Source of the DNA: Chiloscyllium plagiosum
Lineage: Eukaryota
DNA length: 21,923 bases
Assembly: GCF_004010195.1 (NCBI RefSeq)
Contig: NC_057728.1
Span: forward strand, 48,303,521-48,325,443
Direction of reading: 5' to 3'
Shown here: positions 11,757-21,923 of the stretch, one piece after another
Layout: every line of letters starts with the position of its first letter
How positions within the stretch are numbered: position 1 is the stretch's first letter
Notes under the pieces: generated by a model
Databases searched by the model: none
Told to the model about the DNA's origin: nothing
The model's input: only the letters and a program-made list of their open reading frames with translations
Translations under genes and position numbers: made by a program

Positions 11757-12187
11757 AACATCAGGCCTGTAGTCTTCCTATTGTTTTAGCCATTAAGACA
11801 TTTACTTTTTGGAAACACAATTTTGCACTCAAAGCTGCTAGCCAAGTGTACAACAATTCAAAGGCCTGTGAAAATGGGAACCTCCCAGCAATAACTGCCT
11901 AAATTGAAATAAATAAGGGAGAGAAATAGTGAACATTGTGTGGAGTGTCCCATTCCACCAGAAACACCCGATCAATAAGCATGGATGAAAATTAACTATA
12001 ACGGGGAAGACACAGATTTCATTTCCTCACTCTATTGGAGTAAGAAGATAGTCAGAAGATGATAACTTTTTTGGTTTGATTCACACTGAAGAACTATTAG
12101 TTTAAGAAATATAAAGTTCATAAGAAATAAGAGCAAAAGTATAACATTTGGTCTATTGAGCCTTCTCTGTTATTCAACGTGACCATT

Positions 12188-12502
12188 ATTAACAAAATAG
12201 AAATTGTTGGAAAATCTCAGCAGGTCTGGCAGCATCTGTGGAGAGAAATTAGCGTTAACGCTTCAGGACTGAGGAGGTGTCACTGGACCCAAAATGTTAA
12301 CTCTGATTTCTCTTCACAGATGCTGCCAGACCTGCTCAGATTTTCCACCAATTTCTATTTTGTTTAAGATTTCCAGCATCCGCAGTTAATAGATGTTGTG
12401 TTGACCTGTGAAATTAATCTGATGCCCATTTAACCTACACCATTCTATCATTATCCATATGTATGTTCAAAGACCATTTAAATTCTTTCATGCTTTTTTT
12501 TA
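12188..12502 (+). mobile_element. Fold-back PLE-type family B element, itself containing a ~90-bp insert (12389-12480)
   Basis: Arms 12191-12260 / ~12295-12364. Core CTGAGGA-g-gtgtc-actg-gaccc-AAA-ATGT-T-aac at 12269-12301. TSD tgaccatt at 12180-12187 and 12503-12510. Confidence 0.7.
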
Positions 12503-12801
12503 TGACCATTGTAAACCTGATTGTGGCTTTAACTCTACTTTCCTAACTGTCCCCAAAACCTTCAAATCCACGTAGCTCAAAAATCTATCTAACCAGCTTT
12601 GAATATATAGAATGACCTAGCTTTCACTGCTCTCTCTAGAAGAGAATTCTAAAGACTAACAACACTTCAAGAGAAGAAATTCCTTTTTTTCTGTCTTAAA
12701 GGGGAGCTGGCTTATTTTTAAGTTATTTCCCCTGGTTCTAGATTCCTTCATGAGGGGAAATATCCTTTCAAGCCCCCTCAGACGCTTATATGATTTAATA
12801 G

Positions 12802-13050
12802 TCATGATTTGGAGATGCCGGTGTTGGACTGGGGTGTACAAAGTTAAAAATCACACAACACCAGGTTATAGTCCAACAGGTTTAATTGGAAGCACACTAA
12901 CTTTTGGAGTGATGCTCCTTCATCAGGTGGTAGTGGAGGGCTCGATCGTAACACAGAATTTATAGCAAAAATTTACAGTGTGATGTAACTGAAATTATAC
13001 ATTGAAAAATTGATTGTCTGTTAAGCCTTTCATCTGTTAGAATACAGTCG
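12802..13050 (-). mobile_element. PLE-type family A element with longer internal sequence
   Basis: Reverse complement of 426-558 plus ~115 bp of extra upstream element sequence. Candidate TSD gatttaatag (12792-12801) / gattcaatag (13051-13060). Confidence 0.75.
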
Positions 13051-13073
13051 GATTCAATAGGATTGCCTCTCAC

Positions 13074-16000
13074 AAGTAAGAAATAACAAAGAGAAAGGAG
13101 AGTTGCTGGGAGTAGTCTATATGCCTCTTAGCAGCAGCTGTTCAGCAGGACAGAGAATAGCTCATGAGATAATGAGGACATATAAAAAATGTATCACATG
13201 GGTGGCTTTAATATTTATTTCATTTAAAAAAAAACAAATTGACAAACATAAGGAAGAATTCATAGATTGTATTTGGGATAGTTTCCCAGAACAATGAGTT
13301 GTAGATCCAACTTATAGATCAGATTATTTTGGATCTGATAATGTGTAATGAGGCAGGTTTAATAAATGATCTCAGAGTAAGAGATCCCAAGGGAAATAGC
13401 ACAATGTGGTAGCATTCAGTTTGCGAGTGAGAAAATTGGGTCAGAAACATCTGTGTTAAATGTAAAACCAGGCAATTAGATAGGGATGAGGGGTGAGCTG
13501 GTTGGAGAGAATAGGAGAAGGAGTTTAGCACGAAAGACAGCTGAAGAACAATGGCAGGTGTTTAAGAAAATGTTCAAGACTCACAATAAGTATATATCGC
13601 AGTGAGGAAGAAAAAATCTAAGATGGGGAAACGCTGACAGTGGTGAACTGAGGAATTTAAGATAGTATCAAAGTGAAAAAAAATTGAATGCAACAAAGAT
13701 TGTAGTACTGGTAAACAAGAGGATTGGGAAAGTAGTAAAATCCAACAAAAGATTATCAAAAAAAGGGAAAAATTATTTATGAGGATAAACTATACAATAT
13801 AAAAGCAGACAGTAAGAGCTTCTTTAATTTTCTTTAAAAATGGAAAAGAGGCTAAAATGAACAATAACCCCTTTGAAAATGTGTCTAGGGAAATAATAAT
13901 GGATTACCAAGAAATGGCAAAGGAATTGAATAAACACATTGCATCAGTGTTCAGAGTAGAATGCACTAATAGCATTCCCAAATAATTAAATATTTAAGGG
14001 GCGAAAGAGGAGAGGAAATAATTACAATATCTATTATTAGAGAAAAGGTACTCTTGAAACTAATTGGTTTAAAGGCCAAAAGGTCACCTGGAGCTGATAG
14101 GTTGCATCCTAGAATCTTAAAGGAAGTAGATGCAGAGGTAATGGATACACCAGAAAGAATCCTTAGATTCAGGAAAATAATGTAACACTTTATTCAAATA
14201 GAGAGGGAGACAAAAAGACTAACTATAGGCCACTTAGCTAATGTCCATCATTGGTGAAATATTAGAGTCTATTATAAAGGAAACACAATATATAGAAACA
14301 CAATTGAATCAAGCAGAGTCAGCATGCTTCATGACCAGGAAAGCATGCCTGACAAATTTATTATAGTTCTTTGAGGAGGCAACAAGCAGGATAAGCAAAA
14401 GGAACCAGTGGATTTAAAACATTTGGCTATCCAAAAGGCATTTACTAAAGGATCACACAGAAGGCTATTACATAAAGAGGTAATGAGGGCAATATATTAG
14501 CATTGATAGAGAAGTGGATAACTATGGAAGACAGAGAGTTGGTATAAAGGGGCATTTTCAGGATGGCAATCTGCAACAAAGTGGAGTGCTACAGGAATCA
14601 GTGTTGATGACACAGTATATATTAATAGCTTGGGTGATGTAATTTCAGTGTTAGGAATGGCAAGGTGATGACACAAAAATAGGAGGGAAGGCGAGTCGTG
14701 AGGATGGCACAAAGTGTCTACTGAAGCACAAACTACGCAAGTGAAAAAAAGCTTGGCAAATGGAATCCAGTATGTGGTTATGCACTTTGGGAAGTGCATT
14801 TAATAGAGGAAGACTGCAGAAAGAGGGATGTGTGGTTCCTCGTGCATGAATCACAAAAAGCCTGCACCTAGTTCAGTGGGCAATAACGAAGGTGAATGTA
14901 CTGTTGGCCTTTACTTCAAAGGGAATGGAGTATAAAAATAGGGAAGTCTGACTGAAACTATACGAGGCGCTAGTCAGACCACAGCTGGAATATTCTGAAT
15001 AGTACTTAGAACATAGAACATAGAACATAGAAGAATACAGCGCAGTACAGGCCCTTTGGCCCTCGATGTTGCGCCGATCCAAGCCCACCTAACCTATACT
15101 AACCCACTATCCTCCATATACCTATCCAATGCCCGCTTAAATGCCCATAAAGAGGGAGAGTCCACCACTGCTACTGGCAGGGCATTCCATGAACTTACGA
15201 CTCGCTGAGTGAAGAACCTACCCCTAACTTCAGTCCTATATCTACCCCCCCTTAATTTAAAGCTATGCCCCCTCGTAATAGCTGACTCCATACATGGAAA
15301 AAGGTTCTCATGGTCAACCCTATCTAAACCCCTAATCATCAAGTCACCCCTAAACCTTCTTTTCTCCAATGAAAACAACCAATAAAAGCCAGTACGCCAT
15401 ATGCCTTCCTCACCGCACTATTTACCTGGGTGGCAACTTTCAGAGATCTGTGTACATGGACACCAAGATCCCTCTGCTCATCCACACTACCAAGTATCCG
15501 ACCATTAGCCCAGTACCCCATCTTTTTGTTATTCTTCCCAAAGTGAATCACCTCACACTTAGCTACATTGAATTCCATTTGCCACCTTTCTGCCCAGCTC
15601 TGCAGCTTCTCTATATCCTGCTGTAACCTGCCACATCCTTCCTCACTGTCAACAACTCCTCCGACTTTCGTATCATACTTGTACCTTATTAGTACCTTAT
15701 TTCGTGAAAAAATGCATCAGCATTGGAGTCAGTCCAGAAAAGGTTCACTAGCTTGATAAAGTCTGAAATGATTTTATTTTATGAGCTGTTGAGTAGGTTG
15801 GGCTTGTATTCATTGGAATTTAGGAAAATGAGAGGAAACGTAATTGAAACATATAAGATTATCAGAGGGCTTGACAGGGTAGATGTAACAATGTTATTTT
15901 TCCTTATGGGGGAGTCTGATACCAAAAGACATTCTCTCAGATTAAGGAATCATCCAATTAAGATAGAAATGAGGAGGAATTCTTTCTCTCAGAAGATATT

Positions 16001-16220
16001 CAATCTATGAACTTCTTTACTGCAAAAGGCTGTCAAAGCTGTGTTGTTAAACATATTCAAGGCTGGGAAAGACAAATTTTAATCAGTAATGGAATCAAGC
16101 AATAAAGGGATAAGGCAGGAAAGTGCAGTAGAAGGTGATCAAATCAGCCATGATCTCATGAAATGGCAAAGCAGACTCACTTGGCTGAATGGCAGATTTC
16201 TATTCCTAAATTTATGGTCC
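13074..16220 (+). mobile_element. Decayed 5'-truncated CR1 LINE ORF2 (endonuclease + reverse transcriptase) to 3' end
   Basis: LGVVYMP (APE endonuclease), F..CI.DSF.EQ, NYRPLS, LYEALVRPQLEY, ESVQKRFT..LGLYSLEFRKMRG; many stops and frameshifts; 3' UTR to ~16220. Confidence 0.88.
15008..15675 (-). mobile_element. Younger CR1 LINE 3' fragment inserted antisense into the older CR1
   Basis: (AGAACAT)n tail from 15008; ORFs 15339-15578 (MEFNVAKCEVIHFG..RDLGVHV) and 15094-15378 (FSLEKRR..TRGHSFKL..FFTQRVV); flanking tactt at 15003-15007 and 15676-15680. Confidence 0.9.
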
Positions 16221-16449
16221 TACAGCCTCATTTATTCATGCAAGGTCAAGTTTTAAAGAACCTTAATCATTGTTTCTGTTTGGTCAGAAATTAATTTACA
16301 ACTTTATACAAAAGCACCAATGTTGGCAAACGAAACATGCAGCAATATTTCTTGTTAAGTAGTAAATTAGTAGTGTTTTCTAAAACACTCTATCAATACA
16401 CAGACAAGTCTAATGTTAATGCCTACCTGTAAATTCCCTTTCAGTGTTA

Positions 16450-16540
16450 AGAATATAGAAACATACAAACTGGAGTAGACCATTCAGCCCATCGAATCTG
16501 CTTCAACATTTAAAACAATCGCAGCTGATCGAACACTTCA
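16450..16540 (-). mobile_element. Short CR1-type 3' tail remnant (host of a family B insertion)
   Basis: agaatatagaaacatac..ggagtagaccattcagcccatcgaatctgc resembles the reverse complement of the CR1 3' end at 16160-16215. Confidence 0.5.
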
Positions 16541-16711
16541 CTATCAAAACCAAAAACAGAAATTGCTAGAAAAGCTCAGCAAGTCTGGCAGCATCCGTGC
16601 AGAGAAATCAGAGTTAACGTTTCAGGTCGAGTGACCTTTTCTCAGCTTTTCAAGCAATTTCTGTTTTTGTGTCTGATTTACAGCATCTGCATTGCTTTCA
16701 TTTTTTTTATT
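16541..16711. mobile_element. Fold-back PLE-type family B element
   Basis: TSD gaacacttca (16531-16540, 16712-16721; 12/13 when extended). Minus-strand core CTGAGAA-A-AGGTC-actc-GACCT-GAA-ACGT-T-AAC at 16613-16645. Confidence 0.72.
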
Positions 16712-17365
16712 GAACACTTCAAAGAGTTGCATATTAACTGATGTGTTCTTCTGTCCACATTTAGCCTAGAGATGGGAAAGCAAAGCTTGGTTTCCTCAAT
16801 CATGTATTAATTTACCTTTAATTTATATTGATCAATTTCTGTCGAATCTGCATTTTTTTTTAATATGGACAATTAAATGCAAGCTTAAAAGAGTTTGTTT
16901 ATTTTATTTCATCACCCCTTCCTTTCTACTTTACCCATTTGTATCTTACTTGCTCCCTGGGATAGGCTGGGATGTCAAAATCTCCCTCCACTATAATCAT
17001 ATACAATTTTGTTAGGATCAAGCATTAGGCTGACTTTGGAATATGTTGTTATCCAGTGCAAACCCAGTTGGGGGAGAAAGATGGAACATTCTACCAGGTC
17101 TGGCATTCCATCATGGCCTACTGGTGTTAATCAAGTCTGGTGTTCCACTTTACAACAATTGCCAATCACACTCCTTTGGTGAAAATGCGTATTCTGTTTC
17201 TAGCTCAGCTCACAGGCATGAGAATTCTTGTCTGATGGAGGGCTAATGTGAGTGTGTGGTTCAGTGAGTGGTTACCAGGCAGGATGCCAGCCTATTGTAA
17301 TTGTCCTGAGGCCCAAGGCCATTTAGAAGCAGCTCCCTGACCTCAGGGAGGAAATCAACTAGTAG

Positions 17366-17472
17366 GAAACATCGACTTTCCTGCTCCACAGATGCTGCCT
17401 GACCTGCTGTGCTTTTCCAGCATCACACTCTCGATTCTGATCTCCAGCATCTGCAGTCCTCACTTTCTCCTG
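17366..17472 (+). mobile_element. PLE-type family C terminal fragment
   Basis: GAAACATCGAct (3' half of a hammerhead-type core), then cagatgctgcctgacctgctgtgcttttccagc ... ctccagcatctgcagt, related to the family B body and tail. Confidence 0.55.
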
Positions 17473-17700
17473 GTGTCTACACAGGGCTTTGAGCAGTTAG
17501 TTTCTAGTGATTAGGTTGAGTTGGCATTCATGGTGATGAAGCTTGGTGAAGGGCGATTTAATCTCCAGATAGGCAAACTGCTGCTCCTACGAAAGTTTCT
17601 TCAGTGGCTAGCAATTGCCCACCTGTTAGACTACACAGCCATTAGAAATGGGTAGGATGTACATGGTGATGCTCAGCCCAATTTTAACCTATGAAATATT

Positions 17701-18000
17701 CATGGAATCCTGACAGGGCAGAAGAAGGCCATTGAGATCATTAAGTCTGCACCTAACACAACACCACTCTCATACTCCATAACCCCACCTGGGGTTTTTA
17801 ACCATGGCTCCCCACCTCAGCTGCACACCCCTGGCACGACAGGGCATTTTTTTTTAGCATAGTCAATCCAACTAATATTTGAACTGTAAGGGGAAACCCA
17901 GCAGAGAATGTGAAAACTCCACACACATGGTCACCCAATGCTAAAATTGAACCCAGGTTCCAGGCTCTGTGAGGCAGCGGTGCAAACCATTGTACCACCC
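17701..18000 (-). mobile_element. Decayed HE1/V-SINE-type SINE
   Basis: Minus-strand head gggtggtacaatggtttgcaccgctgcctcacagagcctggaacctgggttcaattttagc (A and B boxes); body resembles 21035-21145. Confidence 0.7.
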
Positions 18001-18295
18001 TCAAATTCCTCAAATCAAATTTAAGGAAGTGATCTTGCACTTCCTTTGACTTTAAGTCTTTTTTATAGGTCCAACTAGTCTGAAGGAAATTTTTAAAGTT
18101 TACAGATTGTCTCTAGATTACCATGGTTTGTTTTGCACTTTATTTTGAATCTTTTTCATATTAATCAATTGTCTGTTAGTCTTACAATTGCCTTAATGGA
18201 ATGAACATGGAAAAGCAGTTTATTATTCCATTCAAAAATAAACAACTTGACCTGCACTTTACTGCTGGCATCTTTGCCTCCATTCCTGTGAGCCA

Positions 18296-20603
18296 GAGAG
18301 TCATAGAGTCATAGAGATGTACAGCATGGAAACAGACCCTTTGGTCCAACCCGTCCATGCCGACCAGATATCTCAACCCAATCTAGTCCCACCTGCCAGC
18401 ACCCGGCCCATATCCCTCCAAACCCTTCCTATTCATATACCCATCCATATGCCTTTTAAATGTTGCAAATGTACTAGCCTCCATCACTTCCTCTGGCAGC
18501 TCATCCCATACATATAATACCATCTACGTGAAACAGTTGCCCCTTAGGTCTCTTTTATATCTTTCCCCTCTCACCCTAAACCTATATCCTCTAGTTCTGG
18601 GCTCCCCCATCCCAGGGAAAAGACCTTGTCTATTTATCCTATCCACACTCGTCATAATTTTGTAAACATCTATAATGTCAACCTTCAGCATCCGATGCTC
18701 CAAGGAAAACAGCCCCAGCCTGTTCAGCCTCTGCCTATAGCTCAAATCCTCCAACCCTGGCAACATCCTTGTAAATCTTTTCTGAACCCTTTCAAATTTC
18801 ACAACACCTTTCCAATAGGAAGGAGACCAGAATTGCACGCAATATTCCAACGGTGGTCTAACCAATGTCCTGTACAGCTGCAACATGACCTCCCAACTCC
18901 TGTACTCAATGCTCTGACTAATAAAGGAAAGCATACCAAATGCCTTCTTCACTATCCTATCTACCTGCAACTCCACTTTCAAGGAGCTATGAACCTGCAC
19001 TCCAAGGTCTCTTTGTTCAGCAACACTCCCTAGGACCTTACATTAAGTGTATAAGTCCTGCTAAGATTTGCTTTCCCAAAATGCAGCACCTCACATTTAT
19101 CTAAACTAAAATCCATCTGCCACATCTCATTGACCCATCTGATCAAGATCCTGTTGTAATTTGAGGTAACCTTCTTCGCTGTTCACTACACCTCCAATTT
19201 TGGTGGCATCTGCAAACTTATTAACTACACCTCTTATGCTCGCATCCAAATCATTTATATAAATAATGAAAGTAGTGGACCCAGCACCGATCCTTTCAGC
19301 ACTCCACTGGTCACAGGCCTCCAGTCTGAAAAACAACCCTCCAACACCACCCTCTGTCTCCTACTTTCAGCCAGCTCTGTATCCGAATGGCTAGTTCTCC
19401 CTGTATTCCGTGAGATCTAACCTCGCTAACCAGTCTCCCATGGGGAACCTTGTCAAATGCCTTACTAAAGTCCAAATAGATCACATCTACCGCTCTGCCC
19501 TTATCAATCCTCTTTGTTACTTCTTCAAAAAACTCAATCAAGTTTGTGAGACATGATTTCCCACGCACAAAGCCATGTTGACTATCCTTAATCAGTCCTT
19601 GCCTTTCCAAATACATGTATATCCTGTCCCTCAGGATTTCCTCCAACAACGTGCCCACCACTGACTTCAGGCTCACTGGTTAATAGTACCCTGACTTGTC
19701 CTTACCACCCTTCTTAAACAGTGGCACTAAGTTAGCCAACCTCCAGTCTTCCGGCACCTCACCTGTGACTATTGATGATATAAATATCTCAGCAAGAGGC
19801 CCAGCAATCACTTCCCTAGCTCCCCACAGAGTTCTAGGGTACACCTGATCAGGTCCTTGGGATTTATCCACCTTTATGCGTTTCAAGACAGTCAGCACTT
19901 CCTCCTCTATAATATGGATATTTATTCCCCTACATTCTATATCTTCCATGTTCTTTACCACAGTAAATACTGATGCGAAATACTCGTTTAGTATCTCCCC
20001 CATTTTCTGTGGCTCCACACAAAGGCCACCTTGCTGATCTTTGAGGGGCCGTATTCTCTCCCTAGTTACCCTTTTGTCCTTAATATGTGTGTAAAAACCC
20101 TTTGGATTCTCCTTAATTCTATTTGCCAAAGCTATCTCATGTCCTCTTTTTGCCCTCCTGATTTCCTTCTTAAGTATACTCCCACTGCCTTTATACTCTT
20201 CTAAGGATTCACTTGATCTATTCTTTCTATAGCTGACATATGCTTCCTTCTTTTTCTTAACCAAACCCTCAATTTCTTTAGTCTTCCAGCATTCCTTATA
20301 CCTATCAGCCTTTCCTTTCACCCTAACAGAAATGTACTTTCTCTGGATTCTCGTTATCTCATTTCTGAAGGCTTCCCATTTTCAAGCCGTCCCTTTACCT
20401 GCGAACATCTGCCCCCAGTCAGCTTTTGAAAGTTCTTGCCTAATACCGTCAAAATTGGCCTTTTTCCAATTTAGAACTTCAACTTTTAGATCTGATCTAT
20501 CTTTTTCCATCACTATTTTAAATCTAATAGAATTATGATTGCTGGCTCAAAGTGCTCCCCCACTGACACCTCAGTCACCTGCCCTGCCTTATTTCCCAAG
20601 AGT
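18296..20603 (-). mobile_element. CR1/HER1 LINE ORF2 (RT), 5'-truncated and frameshifted, with (GACTCTAT)n tail
   Basis: Fragmented ORFs 19680-20321, 19311-19676 (QHGF..SCLTNL..YLDFSKAFDKVPH), 19127-19336 (YINDLD..KFADATKIG; catalytic DD>DA) and 18524-19000; tail gagtcatagagtcatagag at ~18298-18316. Confidence 0.95.
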
Positions 20604-21923
20604 ACAATGTTCCTCTTGCAACATGTTTGAAGTGAGGGATGCCATGGTCGTCCCTGCTGATTACACTTGCAGGAAGTGCACCCATCTCCAGCTCCTCCAA
20701 GACCGTGTTAGGTAACTGGAGCTGGAGTTGGATGAACTTAGGGTCATTCGGGAGGCAGAGGGGGTCATAGATCGGAGCTTTAGGGAAGTAGTAACTCCAA
20801 AGATTGCAGACAGATGGGTGACAGTGAGGGGGACTGGGAGGAAGCAACCAGTGCAGGGACCCCCGCGGCCATTCCCCTCAAGAACAAGTATACCGTTTTG
20901 GATACTTAGATTAGATTAGATTAGATTACATTACATTACAGTGTGGAAACAGGCCCTTCGGCCCAACAAGTCCACACCGACCCGCCGAAGCGCAACCCAC
21001 CCATACATTTACCCCTTACCTAACACTACGGGCAATTTAGCATGGCCAATTCACCTGACCTGCACATCTTTGGACTGTGGGAGGAAACCGGAGCACCCGG
21101 AGGAAACCCACGCAGACACGGGGAGAACGTGCAAACTCCACACAGTTAGTCGCCTAAGGCGGGAATAGAACCCGGGTCTCCGGCGCTGTGAAGCAGCAGT
21201 GCTAACCACTGTGCCACCGTGCCGCCCACTTGTGGGGGGGACTCACCGGGATAAGCAATGGGGTTCAGGCCTTTGGCATAGAGCCTGTCCCCGTTGCTCA
21301 GAAGGGAAGGGTGGAGAAGAGCAGAGCAATAGTTATTGGGGACTCGATAGTTCGGGGGCACAGATAGGCGGTTTTGTGGGGGTGAGAGAGACTCACGTTT
21401 GGTATGTTGCCTCCCAGGTGCAAGGGTACGTGACATCTCTGATCATGTTTTCCGGGTCCTTAAGGGGGAGGGGGACAGCCCGAAGTCATGGTCCACATTG
21501 GCACCAACGACATAGGTAGGAAGAGGGCTGGGGATGTTAGGCAGGCTTTCAGGGAGCTCGGTTGGAAGCTCAGAGTTAGAACAGAATTGTTATCTCTGGT
21601 TTGTTACCCGTGCCACGTGATAGAGAGTCGAGGAATAGGGAGAGAGAACAGTTAAATGCGTGGCTACAGAGATGGTACAGGAGGGAGGGATTCTGGTATC
21701 TGGATAAATGGGGTTCTTTCTGGGGAAGGTGGGACCTCTATAAACAGGATGGTCTACACCTGAACCTGAGGGGCACCAGTATCCTTGGGGGGAGGTATGC
21801 TAGTGCTCTTGGGGGGGGTTTAAACTAACTCTGCAGGGGCATGGGAACCCAGACTGTAGCTTTAGGGTGCAGGACCTAGAATGTAGGGAGGTTAGGAACA
21901 TGGCATCAATCTCAAAGGAGGGT
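20604..21923 (+). mobile_element. CR1 LINE ORF1 remnant (zinc finger, leucine zipper, SGNH esterase) running off the window
   Basis: CSSC (20608) ... CRKC (20668), LQLLQDRVR*LELELDELR, IGDS (GDS 21338-21346), HIGTND (21494-21511), DGLHLN (21748), stop at 21826-21828; in-frame TAA at 20713 and frameshifts. Confidence 0.9.
20908..21227 (-). mobile_element. Full-length young HE1/V-SINE-type tRNA-derived SINE inserted in CR1 ORF1
   Basis: Minus-strand head GGGCGGCACGGTGGCACAGTGGTTAGC (A box) and GGTTCTATTCC (B box), V-domain-like core, CR1-like 3' end, (TGTAA)n/(TCTAA)n tail; actt duplicated at 20904-20907 and 21228-21231; many CpGs retained. Confidence 0.9.

Larger units (their letters stand above)
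12118..13073 (-). mobile_element. Old CR1 LINE 3' fragment carrying three nested insertions
   Basis: Minus ORF 12656-12841 (KESRTRGNNLKISQLPFKTE) and a 3' end homologous to 15830-16220. Interrupted at 12188-12502 and 12802-13050. Confidence 0.75.

Noticed and set aside
15681..15701. gtaccttatt direct repeat as the TSD of the nested CR1
   Set aside because: Both copies lie on the same side of the insertion, so it is a local tandem duplication.
18626..19033. 135-aa plus-strand ORF and other short ORFs in the track (e.g. 2124, 12179, 12750, 20941, 21146)
   Set aside because: Antisense or chance frames within LINE, SINE or PLE-type repeats, with no protein-family features.
18524..20321. Active LINE or domesticated RT gene
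   Set aside because: Multiple frameshifts and stops, catalytic DD changed to DA, endonuclease region truncated.

Overview
Vertebrate genomic DNA, most likely a shark (inferred from HE1/V-SINE-type SINEs and elasmobranch-style CR1/HER1 LINEs). Bases 1-11.9 kb hold the last five coding exons and 3' UTR of a receptor-type tyrosine phosphatase, PTPRB/VE-PTP, on the + strand: exons 1765-1887, 2889-3052, 5348-5483, 8426-8546 and 11209-11231, with WPD loop, [11 protein letters not shown]-loop and PIYENV tail. Bases ~12-22 kb are a pile of nested retroelements: several decayed CR1 LINEs, two abutting head-to-head LINE junctions (one with twin-priming geometry), and HE1-type SINEs. The most interesting signal is a set of nine short elements in three sequence families. 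Five are fold-back, and five have 8-15 bp target-site duplications. They carry minimal hammerhead-ribozyme cores (CUGANGA-A-stem II-GAA-palindromic ACGU/AGCU-H), the signature of Penelope-like retroelement termini. One core (433-467) is intact on the PTPRB sense strand. All calls come from reading the sequence by eye; no searches were run.
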